DNA of 64,000 nucleotides from Haplodiscus bocki (Eukaryota): NCBI GenBank assembly GCA_965655095.1, contig OZ296659.1, positions 7,998,001 to 8,062,000 of the forward strand, read 5' to 3'. Shown piece by piece: positions 22,767 to 33,419 of this stretch (position 1 is its first letter; each line of letters starts with the position of its first letter). The notes under the pieces were generated by a model. It saw only the letters and a program-made list of their open reading frames with translations, ran no database searches and was not told where the DNA came from. The position numbers and the translations under genes were made by a program.

Positions 22767-24327
22767 ATGCCGATAAAGGTATTTGGTAACAGTTCTTCCT
22801 CATATGATAACGGTAATAAAATTGATACAAGTGTGTTTGTACAAAAACTTTATATGAGGAGTAATTATATGCAAAGTACCATTGAAGATGACCTCGACTT
22901 AAAAATTCAATACAGAATTAAAAATTTACCAGATCCTAGATCCATACGAGAAGCAGCTTCAAAAAATTATGTTGATAATAAGTTCAACGATCCGAGTCTG
23001 ATAAAAAACACCGATGATGTTGACTTTAAAGATGAAAATCTCAAAAATGTTCACTCCATCAAAGTAAACTCATTCTCCACCCTTGAAGAACAACTAACAC
23101 CAAAATTTATGTTGATCAAGCTATATTAATGCTGTAGCTGAATCATCCGTGTTAAGATAATATCCTGATGAATAGTTAAAATTAGATGAACGAGGTACTA
23201 TACTTCTTAATTCTACTCTAACATCACCGAAGACAATATTAGAAATAACTACTAAATAGTATGTTGATCATAAATTTGATGATCCTAGTATAATAAAAAA
23301 TACTACTCATGTTGACTTCAATGATAAAAATCTCGATAACGGTAGTTTTGTTAAAGTAAACAGCATGCTAGCTGTTTGAGAACGTCTTACACCCAAAATC
23401 TACGTTGATCATGTTTTTACTTTGTGGGTCGATGATTCATCATTGTTAGGATTAGATCCTGGTGAAGAATTAAAACTAGATGAACAAGATTCTATAATCA
23501 CTAAGTCTACTTTAAAATCAACGAAAGCGATAGTAGAAATGCCTACTAAAAATTAAGTTGATAGCTTACATGAATTCAAAAGAAATAGACGAGGTTTAAT
23601 TTAGATAGTGTTACCGTTAATATAAACTCTAGTTCAGATAACGAAGTCTCAAATAAAAAAACGTAGATGACTCAAAAGAAGAAGGTACATTGATTAGATT
23701 TGATCAAAAAACAGAAAACTGTCTCAAAGTATCTGTTGGAAAAAATATCTATGATTTAACTAAATATGATGAAATACAAATTGCAGATACGACGGAAATT
23801 AAATTCCCAAATACAGGCAGTGATTTATTACAAAACGGTATATTAAATGTATAAATAAAAATATTGATTCAAAAGTTGGAAATTTTAAAAAATCAACCAG
23901 AACAAACAGCCCAAAAGGTGAATCAGGAGCAAAAACCTTACCTCCAATCGGTAATAGGTTTATGTATAAAGAGACATCATCTAATAATCAGGGTAATGAT
24001 AATGTTTTTGTTTCTTTTGAAAGAACAGACATCATTCAAATTAATAATATTACTTTCTATTATAACAGATATTCAGTTTTACCTAATGATTCTACAACAT
24101 CAATGGGTAGATTGAGAAATCAGTTATCAATAGAGGATGACACATGGAGTATTCGATATAATTTACCTAAAAACGATCGATATAGTGATTCAACAACTGA
24201 TTGGACTAAACTAATTTCAATTTTCACTGTAAAAAACTATGGTATTAAATTAATTCGCGATCAAATCGGTACACTATATGGTGATATGTGCTTTAGTAAT
24301 GCTATAATCACACATTCAGTCTATCAA
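22767..24327 (+). pseudogene. Fibre/spike-like protein with repeated KxYVD motifs and C-terminal beta-rich head
   Basis: RIKNLPDP....EAASKNYVD plus degenerate KFYVD, K*YVD, KIYVD, KN*VD repeats; head domain in ORF 23962-24327. Confidence 0.6.
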
Positions 24328-24843
24328 ATGGATAATGTAAATTATTTTAAAGATTTTCTAGAATCGACAACTGATAATAGAAAAAGATTATTATTAATAT
24401 TCTTATTTTAAAATGATAATGATTGATTAACAGAATGTGGATTTTCAAAAAAGTGATATTAATCGTTTATGTAGAGAATCTGAAAATATTTTAAAAGAAC
24501 AAAATGAAGAATACTTAGATTATATTAAAAATGAAGAAGAATCTGTTATCGAAAAGGTTTTGAATAAGTAAATGGAAAATGATATTAATCGTTTAAGTTT
24601 AGAGTTGACAATTTCAACTAACTAAATGAAAGTTTATATCTCAACTATGTTTGAAGATGTTACACATGAACGATCGTTAGTATTATATTTTGATTACCAC
24701 ATTCAGATATATTGAAACAATCCAAATTCACAGATGATGAAATGGAGATAATAAAAAACCTTGCTTTAGAAAAATTACATAGACAGAAGATATTGGAAGA
24801 GCAAATCGCGATGGATCTGTTAGAGAAACACTTTTGTAATTAA
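24328..24843 (+). pseudogene. Two to three small hypothetical Polinton genes
   Basis: Successive CAAATG/TAAATG starts at 24325, 24569 and 24623 with short disrupted frames. Confidence 0.35.
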
Positions 24844-24846
24844 TAA

Positions 24847-25453
24847 ATGAGTACGTATCCCAAAATAAATAATGAACCAGAACTCTTAAAAAGAAAAAAA
24901 ACAAATGATGAAATCAAAAACCTCAAATATCAAACGGAAAAACACGATCACGAACGTATATTAAAGAGACTTAAAATTGACAATGAATAGTATAAAAAAA
25001 TATAAAAATTTGAATAGAAAGAAAGTATTATTACTTATCAATGAAAAATTGATTGGGTCAGGATCAGCAGTACGTAGTTCAACAATGGGTTTGATCATTC
25101 CTGGTGCGGATAATTTTATTTCATCTAGCACAGCTTTGTTAACATCTATTGCTATAATAAATGCAAATGAATACTTATCAAAATTAAAGATACGATATAC
25201 AAAACTAAGAGATTGGATTATTGTAATAAAATTGCTATATGAGAAAACTTTGAAATCTTCTATGGTTGATAAAAAAGTGATAAAAAAGAAGCTAAGGTTT
25301 TAAAAAAGATTCATAATCACTATCTAGAGAAAAGATATTATGAAAAATACAGAATTCAAAGTAGAAGATGTTTTTCGTGATGTTATAAGTAAAGGTATTT
25401 TTAGTCAAGAACAAATAACTAAATTAGAAAAGTTTTCAGCCAAGATAATGTGA
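24847..25453 (+). pseudogene. Coiled-coil protein with hydrophobic helical hairpin (putative membrane-active)
   Basis: KKYKNLNRKKVLLLINEKLIGSGSA...MGLIIPG..FISSSTALLTSIAII...LSKLKIRYTKLRDWI. Confidence 0.5.
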
Positions 25454-25560
25454 ATTTAAGTTTTAGTATAAAGATAAATTTATTTAAACCTAGAAAGAAG
25501 AGAAATATTGAATATCAACCGAGTGCTCCTCCGTGTTACGAATAAATTATAAGTACACAA

Positions 25561-25720
25561 ATGACAAAGACATGGTGGTTTGGAGGTCGTCATTATAGTA
25601 ATACTAATAATATAACTCAATATGAAAAGAGAAACCCTAAGACTAAAAAAACTTGTTAAAAATATCAAAGGAACTTGTAGTATTTGTGGTCGAAATAAAT
25701 CTCAAGTTTTTACTGACTAA
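25561..25720 (+). pseudogene. Small basic zinc-ribbon-like protein
   Basis: ...IKGTCSICGRNKSQVFTD*; first CxxC-equivalent degenerate. Confidence 0.45.
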
Positions 25721-26146
25721 ATGACTAAAGGAGAAGATTTAATGATAAAAGGAAAATGTGGACACAATCATTGTTCGGCTATATCAAACGCAGCATGGTG
25801 TGATTTAAACTCGAAAGGTGATATATTAAAATTAAATGGTAATTGGCCCAAATGTAATTGTCAGAAGTTGATCACATTCACACCAAGTCATTTTATGCTC
25901 GAGGGTGGATCAATTAAAAGTAAACTTCAAAAAGTTTTCAGAGGAACCCAAGCTGCTTGGAACAAAGTTCCTAAGCCCGCAATCAATGCAACAGCACCGT
26001 TTATAGGAATGGCTGTGAGTGCTAAAACAAAAGATCCAAAGGTCGGACAAGCAACGACTAATGTTTTGAAGAGTATATCAGGGGGCAAAACTTTATCACT
26101 AACTGATATGCACTCAGGAGCTGGTCTTAGATTACGAGTTATGTAA
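25721..26146 (+). CDS. Intact 141-aa virion core/membrane-lytic protein candidate (adenovirus pVI-like)
   Basis: Adenain consensus sites LEGG|S and ISGG|K; amphipathic basic helix SIKSKLQKVFRGTQAAWNK; basic C-terminal tail GLRLRVM. Confidence 0.6.
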   Translation: MTKGEDLMIKGKCGHNHCSAISNAAWCDLNSKGDILKLNGNWPKCNCQKLITFTPSHFMLEGGSIKSKLQKVFRGTQAAWNKVPKPAINATAPFIGMAVSAKTKDPKVGQATTNVLKSISGGKTLSLTDMHSGAGLRLRVM

Positions 26147-26175
26147 TTTTAATTCAAATTAAGTTATTGATACAA

Positions 26176-26770
26176 ATGAGTAACTCAAATGAAATTTTAC
26201 AGAAATGTTGTAGATGTGAAGTTGTACAATTATTAGAAAATTTCAACAAAGATAAAAATAGAAAAGATGGTGTATGTCCACAGTGTATAAACTGTTGTAA
26301 AAAATTCTATTTTATGAACTTAGATAAAACTAAAAAACGTAATGAACAAAATAAAGAAAGCAGAAACATATATCTTAAAAACAAACGAGAAACAGATGAT
26401 AATTTTCGATTAATCAGTAGTACAAGAAATAGGATATACAAAACATTAAGAGGTTTGACAAAACAATCATCGACGAAAGAAATTTTAGGAATAGATATTG
26501 ATACTTATAGAAAATGGATTCATCGCAGATGACTCCAGAGATGAATTGGAGTAATATAGAAATAGATCATGTGAAACCAATTGGCATGTTCGATTTATCT
26601 GAAGACGAAGAATTTAGAGAAGCATTTTGTTGGAAAAATACTCAACCGTTAGGTGGAAAAGATCATCAAAATAAGGGAACAAAAATTTCCAGACCATCAA
26701 CTACAATTTATTAAATCTTATCAATTTTTGAAACTAAATGGAAAAAGACATAACGAGAATTTTCAATGAT
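26176..26770 (+). pseudogene. HNH-type endonuclease with N-terminal CxxC zinc domain
   Basis: KCCRC..F.KDK..KDG..PQCINC; QMTPEMNWSNIEIDHVKPI..FDL...AFCWKNTQPL....H..KG; one frameshift. Confidence 0.8.
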
Positions 26771-27579
26771 GAGGTATACTCTCCTCCACCTAAAAATTTT
26801 CCAACAAATAAGATAATATTCAAAGCTTTCATTGATACTCGGTCCTCAGAACTATTGGATATGAATGATTATGGTATTAAAAATAATAAACGTTAAAGAT
26901 ATATTTTTGTAATAGTCGATATTTTCAGTAAGTTTGGTTGGACAATTCCTTTGAAGAACAAATGCGCACAGTCAATAACAGATTCATTTTCTCAAATTGT
27001 TAAAACATCGAAACGTAAGCCAAACCTCCTCGAAACAGATGATAGTAAGGAATACGTGAATAAATTTTTCAACGAATTTTAATACAATCATAACATTAAA
27101 AGATATTCTAGAAATACAACCCTAGAAGCAGTATTTGCTGGAAGATTTAACAGAACTATCCGTAATCTGTTAAGGTAACCAGTCATTCTAAGAGGAATTG
27201 GTGATTGGTTCTCTAGACTTCCATCTGTTATTAAAAAGTAAAATAAAACCATTCATCATTCAACGAAAGTGAAACCAATTGATGTTTTTTTGAAAATAAA
27301 TAAAAAAGAAGTCTATTCAAATCTTCAAGACTAGAGAAAAAAACTTAACCCAAAATTTAAACTAGGACATTTAGTTCGTACAAATGATATAAAAAGAGTA
27401 TTCTCGAAAAATGATAGTAGAAACTATAGCTATAAATTCTTTACAATCACAGAAGTCGTATACTTTGCTATGGAATAGACTTTCTGCCTGAGAGATATAA
27501 TCAAAATCTATTACTTCCTTCGAAACTAACCTTAGAACAAAACAATCAAGTAATGAAGAAACTAAATTTAATTCAATAA
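26738..27579 (+). pseudogene. Retroviral-type (rve) integrase of the Polinton
   Basis: YIFVIVDIFSKFGWTIPLKNK, RKPNLLETDDSKEY, RFNRTIRNLL, HHSTKVKP, FKLGHLVR; multiple stops. Confidence 0.93.
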
Positions 27580-27592
27580 ATAAACTTAATAA

Positions 27593-28096
27593 ATGGAACT
27601 GTCAGAAGGTGAAATAATTAAAAAATATGGTAAACATCGTGGTCATTGCAATCGAAAAACTCTTTTACCATACGAATATGAATGGACTTGTATTTCATGC
27701 GGATTCAACCTAATCAAAAGATAACTTGGACTTTCGAAAATTCAAAGAAGAAAAATAAATTTTAGAAATAGAATAAAGTATACAGAACAAAAAATATTCT
27801 GCATTTGCATAGAAGTATAACAAACATATGGAGGTAATGATTATGAAGAAATATATGAAGTTTTATCAACATTAAAAAATTAAAAATTAGAAATAATCAA
27901 AATCTCAATTAAAAAATATAAAGGTATGTTAAAAAATCCTGATTTTAAACAAAACCATTATTCAATAACTTCAACTGGTATCTACAAAATTGGACATGAT
28001 ACTGTTAGATTAATGAAATGGTTAGCTTTTTATGATGAATCTTATTTTGAAAATATATTTTATTATGAATTGATGCGATCTATTTTGGAAATTTAA
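27593..28096 (+). pseudogene. Zinc-ribbon hypothetical protein
   Basis: MELSEGEIIKKYGKHRGHCNRKTLLPYEYEWTCISCGFNLIK. Confidence 0.5.
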
Positions 28097-28169
28097 GGTA
28101 GAGAAAATTGAGATCTCAGATAAATCATTTCAATAAACTCAAACTATAAAAATAGAGCCGGAAGAAAGT

Positions 28170-31100
28170 TTATCCGCAAATGTGGTATTTGTAAGGTTGA
28201 TCTCCATAGAGCATCCTTTCAAAAACAATTGAGAAGTAAAAAACATTTAGAAAATAAAAAGCAAAATGGAATGAATATACCAGATTGGTTATTTTAAGAA
28301 CCTATTGAAAATAAAATTTAAAAATAAATAATCTTAAAACAAATAGGAATAGAAAATATTAAACTAGAATATAAGCAAATAAATAAAAAATTAGCTAAAA
28401 CGATGATTAATCCTTATTTTTCCACTGATAGAAATTTGAAAGTGGGATTCAAAATTAACTTAGATAATCATCATAATAATCATGCTAATTCTGAATTAAC
28501 TATTACAGCTAAATATCCTGAATTTGGAATTGAAATTCGTTGTGTTGAAAAAATCATAAAAGAATTATCTTTTATTTATGCTAGAATAATAAATCATTAT
28601 AAATTATGTCAAACAGTTTTTTCAGCAAGATTTGATAAACAGGATGAAGTCAATCAAGTATTAGATGAAACTGAATTATTCATTAACTTGATAATGAACC
28701 ATATTTTAACAGAAAATGATCTTGATAAAACTGACGTTAAATCTCCAATAGAACACCAAAGACAACAACAGGAGATGAAAGAGTCTGGATGGAGATTTGA
28801 TAAAATTAATTCAATGATAATTTATTTAAAAAAAACAGGTGAAACGAGTGGTTCATCTTATTTTAAAATTCCCCTGAGATCTGCTGCTTTTCTAAATTTT
28901 GAAAATGATGATAAATATTGCTTTATATGGTCGATAGTAACTAAGTTACATCCTTGTATTATTCTTCATCCTAATGGAGTACCAAATATAAACAAAGTTT
29001 TAATGAATTGAACATTCAGGGTTTTGATTTTACAAATGGATTTAAGTGTAGTGCTGTTCATAGACTTAACGAATTAAACAATTCATCCATAAACATATTT
29101 GAATAAAAATTTCATCAAGATCAGAAAAAGTGGAGACATAAACTAGTCCCTATCGAAATCAGTGAAAATGATTCAGATAGAGTTTTTGACTTGATAATAT
29201 ACAAAAATCACTACGCTCTATTCAAAAAAATAAATGTGTTTTTAGGAGATCATCACAAAAATTTTATATGTAGGCGATGTTTGAATTCGTATACAAGTGA
29301 AAATATGTTGAAGATACTTAAACCAAAATGTGGAAATAATGGTATTACTACTATCAAAACTTCAAGTGATTCAGATCTTCTTTGGAAAAAAAACGTTCAT
29401 AGGGATCCGTTATATTTTAGGCTTTATGCAGATTTCGAAACTGATAATAAAAAAGATAATTCTAGTATAGGAAATAAAACAATTATAATTTATAGACAAA
29501 ATCCAGTACTTAATGGTTATCACATATTATCAGAATAAGAAGATGTTTTAAAAAGTTTCTATTATAAATCTCCTTTAGGATATAGTAATGTTGATTGGTG
29601 TGTTAATGAAGTTATAAAATTAGAGAAGATAATGGCTTTATATTTTAAAAACAATAAGAAAATTATCGTTATGACAAAGAAAGATGAAGAAGTTTTTGAA
29701 AATAATAATATTAGTCGATTTTGTGAAAACAATATTGAATCTGCTAAGGTTAGAAATCATTGTCATATGACAGGCAATTACAGAAGACCAGCTCATAGTA
29801 AATAAAATACCAACGTTACTCAAGATCAAAGTAATTTTAAAACTTTTATGTTTCACAATTTTAGTAATTATGATTGGCCTATGTTCTTCAAAAAGTTATT
29901 TGATAAAAAGAGTGATAAAGTGGTATTTGATTTTATACCTAAGACAAACGAAGAATATATATATCAGTAACATATGGTTGTATTAGGTTTATAGATAGCT
30001 ATCGATTGTTCTCAAGTAGTTTAGATTCATAAATTAAAATATTAGTTGATATTAGTCGAAAAACATTGAAAAAATTTAATGAGAAAATTGTTGATATTGA
30101 TGAAATATTAAATATTGTCAAAAAATGGGAGAAGAAAATGAAACTTTTAAAGACTTAAGAAAAGATTATCCGGAAAAAATTATAAAATTAGAAGAAGCTT
30201 TACTGAATTTTAGGGGTGAAAACGATCTTGAAAATTTAAAAACGGAATTTCCTGAGAATAGGAAAATTTTAACTAAAAAAACCAGCCTAAACATTTGAAA
30301 TTTTCAGATGTCTTGATGATTATAAAAAGCCTGTTAACATTTTAAAGAACGAAGACTTTTTCGGTAAATTCAAAAATGACTGTCCTAGTGATCAAGAAAC
30401 ATAACGAACAAAGGAAATTATCAAAATATTTAATAATAAATTTGAAGAAGAACTAACACAAAAATAATTGAAAAGTGATGGACTTTTGCTTACTTGTGTT
30501 TTTGAGAAACTTATAAAGATATCAGTTAACGAATTTGGTATCAATCCATTATTTTGTGTCAGTTTACCGGGTTGTACTTGGCAATGTGGTTTGAAATATA
30601 CTGGAAGAAATTTACAAACGCTTTAAGATGAAGATTTAATTTTAACATTAGAGAATCATATACGTGGTGGTATAAGCAGCGTTATGGGAGATAGAAATGT
30701 AAGATCTGATAAAAATAAAAAGATACTATATATGGATACTAACATATTATATGGTCATTCTATGTGTCAACCTTTACCTTATGATGAAGTTAAAATTGAT
30801 AAGAATGTTAAATTAGAAGATATATTAAATACTCCAGATGATAAAGATATTGGGTATTTTATTGAATTTGATTTAGAAGATCCTGATGAAATAAAAGAAA
30901 ATACAATGAAATTTTCCTTTGCTCCGGAAAAAAAACCTGATGATTTTAGTGACTATATGAGAACAATTAAACCAGATTTTCATACTCAAACTAAAAAAAT
31001 GATATGTGATTGGTCTGATAAGAAAAACTATTTGATTCATTATAGGAAGTTAAACTTTTATGTTAGACATGGAATGATAGTTGACAAAATTCCTGAGAAA

Positions 31101-31962
31101 ACTTCATTTAAACAAAGCAAGTCGTTGGAAAAGTTTATAATTTTTAATACTCAGAAGAAAAATCAAGCAGTAAATGATTTTGAAAAGGATTTCTATAAAT
31201 TACCTGATAACGCATTTTATGGTAAGGCTATGGAAATTGTGCGAAGAAGATTTAAAATAAAATTCTTTAAGAAAGATGATACTGATAAAAATATCAAACA
31301 ATAACCGAAACTAACGTTCAAATGTATTCATAAATCATATGAGAATTGTGATAGTTATACATTTAAACAAAACGAAGCTCTAATGGATTACCCAGTTTAT
31401 CTCGGATTTACTGTTTTAGAAATGAGCAAATTATTAATGTATGAAACATTTTATGTTAAAAATACAATCATATTTTGGACAAGAACCTTTTCATATACTT
31501 TATATGGATACTGATAGTTTCGTATGAAGTATAAATACAAAAGATATTATCAAAGACTTAAAGAACTTAGAAGATATATTCGATTTCAGTAACATAGATA
31601 AAAATCATGAACTATTCAATAGTAAAAACAAAAAAGTAATTGGTAAATTTAAAATTGAAACTCCTAAAAACATTTGGATTGATGATTTTGTTTGTCTAAG
31701 ATGTAAAAAGTATTTGTTCAAATGTGGAGATGATAGTAAAAATCAATTAAAAGCTGTTTCTAAAACTCAATCAAAACGTAATAAGTTTGAAGAATATTAC
31801 AATTGTTTATTTGGTGGAGAATATCAAGAACAATGTGATACTTATATTATTCGTTCAATAAATCATGAAATGTAGCTTCAACGAGTACGAATTTCTACAC
31901 TTTCTCAATTTGATGATAAACGATGTTATATAAATGAAACTGAAAGTAAACCTGGGAATTAA
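28170..31962 (+). pseudogene. polB: Protein-primed family B DNA polymerase with N-terminal zinc finger
   Basis: SGWRF, GSSY, DDKYCFIWS, YADFE, VRNHCH.TG, FHNFSNYD, RFIDSY, IRGGIS, YMDTNILYG..M.QPLP, FYKL..NAFYGK, YMDTDSF, GKFKIE, FDDKR; many stops and frameshifts. Confidence 0.96.
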
Positions 31963-32145
31963 TCATATTTGTTATCTTATAAAGGGTTGTAAAAGTTAAA
32001 AAAAAATGTGAAAGAACAAGACATTTTTAAGAAAAAGATAAATCTAAAAACTATATTTTACGAGGAGGGAGAAAGGTAAGATATCTTGATAGAATTCTAT
32101 ATAATGGAAAGAAATCATTCATTTATAACTTAACATAACATAACA

Positions 32146-33413
32146 TTAAGGTATGTCGACAATACTGACTTTGTCAAATTTCTTGAAGTTCGTAATAAAT
32201 ATAAAGTTGAAATTATCAGGATAAACTAGTTTCTTTGCTATCGAAAGATGTATCACACTTTGTTGTAGCTCAAACTTTTATAATCTCTACATGTTTAAGG
32301 TATGTCGACAATACTGATTTTGTCAATTTTCTCGAAGTTTATAATAGATACAGAGTTGAAATTTTCAGCGTAAACTAAATTTTTAATGGGCTATCGAATG
32401 ATATAACACACTTTCTTATAGCTCAAACTTTTATAACCTCTACATGTTTAAGGTATGTCGACAATACTGATTTTGTCAGTTTTCTCGAGGATTATAAAAG
32501 ATACAGTGTTGAAATTTTCAATGTAAACTAACTTTTTATTGGGCTATCCAATGATGTATCACACTTTGTTGTCGCTTAAAAAATTATAATCTCTTCATGT
32601 TTAAGCAAGGTGTTAACAATCAATTTTTTCAAAGGTGCTAAAAGATATTGGATTCAATATTTCAGGGTAGGCTAATTTTTTAATGGCCTATCGACTGATA
32701 TGTCACACATTAAGCTGACATGGTGAAAACGTATTACACTGAAAACGACACTGCCAGTGTGATTTACACAAAAGATTACACTGTAGTGTACACTCTAGTG
32801 TAATTTCCTGTGAAATTTTCAGTGTGATTTTCAGTGTAATTTTCAGTGTAATTTCAAGTGTAAACTTCAGTGTTTTTTCCATTGTAATCTTTTATCTGTT
32901 ATATGTTGAGGTAAATGGGGAATTATATGTACTTGAAAAAGTTTTTCGTTTCTGTATATATCTATTTGATATATGAAGGGCACTGAAAAAACTTTTTGCG
33001 TGTTCTTGTTGTAGCTGAGTGATTAAAAATATATTGATGTAATTCTATAATTTCACTGCAAAGTAGTGTACAAAAAAGCATATGACATCCGTCGCGAAAG
33101 ATCGCACATCCTAACAAAAAATAAAAAAAGAAAAATTTCATAGCAGAGTTATCCTACACAGGTTAATTGTTTATTTTATAATATTTTTGAACTTATTCCC
33201 ACATATCATTAATATAGTATATTTTAATACATTATTATATTTTCACATATTTTGATTATAACCTGTGCTACCCCATTGATAAGTAATTGTTTTTTTTATG
33301 TTTTTATTTTGAAATTATTTTGCTGTGTAGGGAGTCTGCCATGAATTTTTTTTATTTTTTGTTAAATTGTGCGGCGCGCGCGGCTGGTGTCATATGCCTT
33401 TTTGTAGACTATT
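32146..33413 (-). repeat. Right TIR (~1.27 kb)
   Basis: Reverse complement of the left TIR, including 153-bp units, iterons and the terminal unit (33062-33413). Confidence 0.93.
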
Positions 33414-33419
33414 CATGAA
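33414..33419. repeat. Right 6-bp target-site duplication CATGAA
   Basis: Immediately follows ...gtagactatt. Confidence 0.92.

Larger units (their letters stand above)
14721..33413 (+). mobile_element. Full-length decayed Polinton/Maverick (adintovirus-like endogenous virus), 18,693 bp
   Basis: Termini AGTAGT...ACTATT (one mismatch from ACTACT), long TIRs, 6-bp TSD, and remnants of pPolB, retroviral-type integrase, A32-like ATPase, adenain, major and minor capsid genes. Confidence 0.97.

Noticed and set aside
23962-24411. Fibre head apparently extended by a hydrophobic tail
   Set aside because: CAAATG at 24325 is a mutated TAAATG; the tail belongs to the next gene
14721-33413. Active virus or bacteriophage/prophage
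   Set aside because: PolB, integrase, MCP and ATPase all carry stops or frameshifts; gene set, TIRs and 6-bp TSD are Polinton-type
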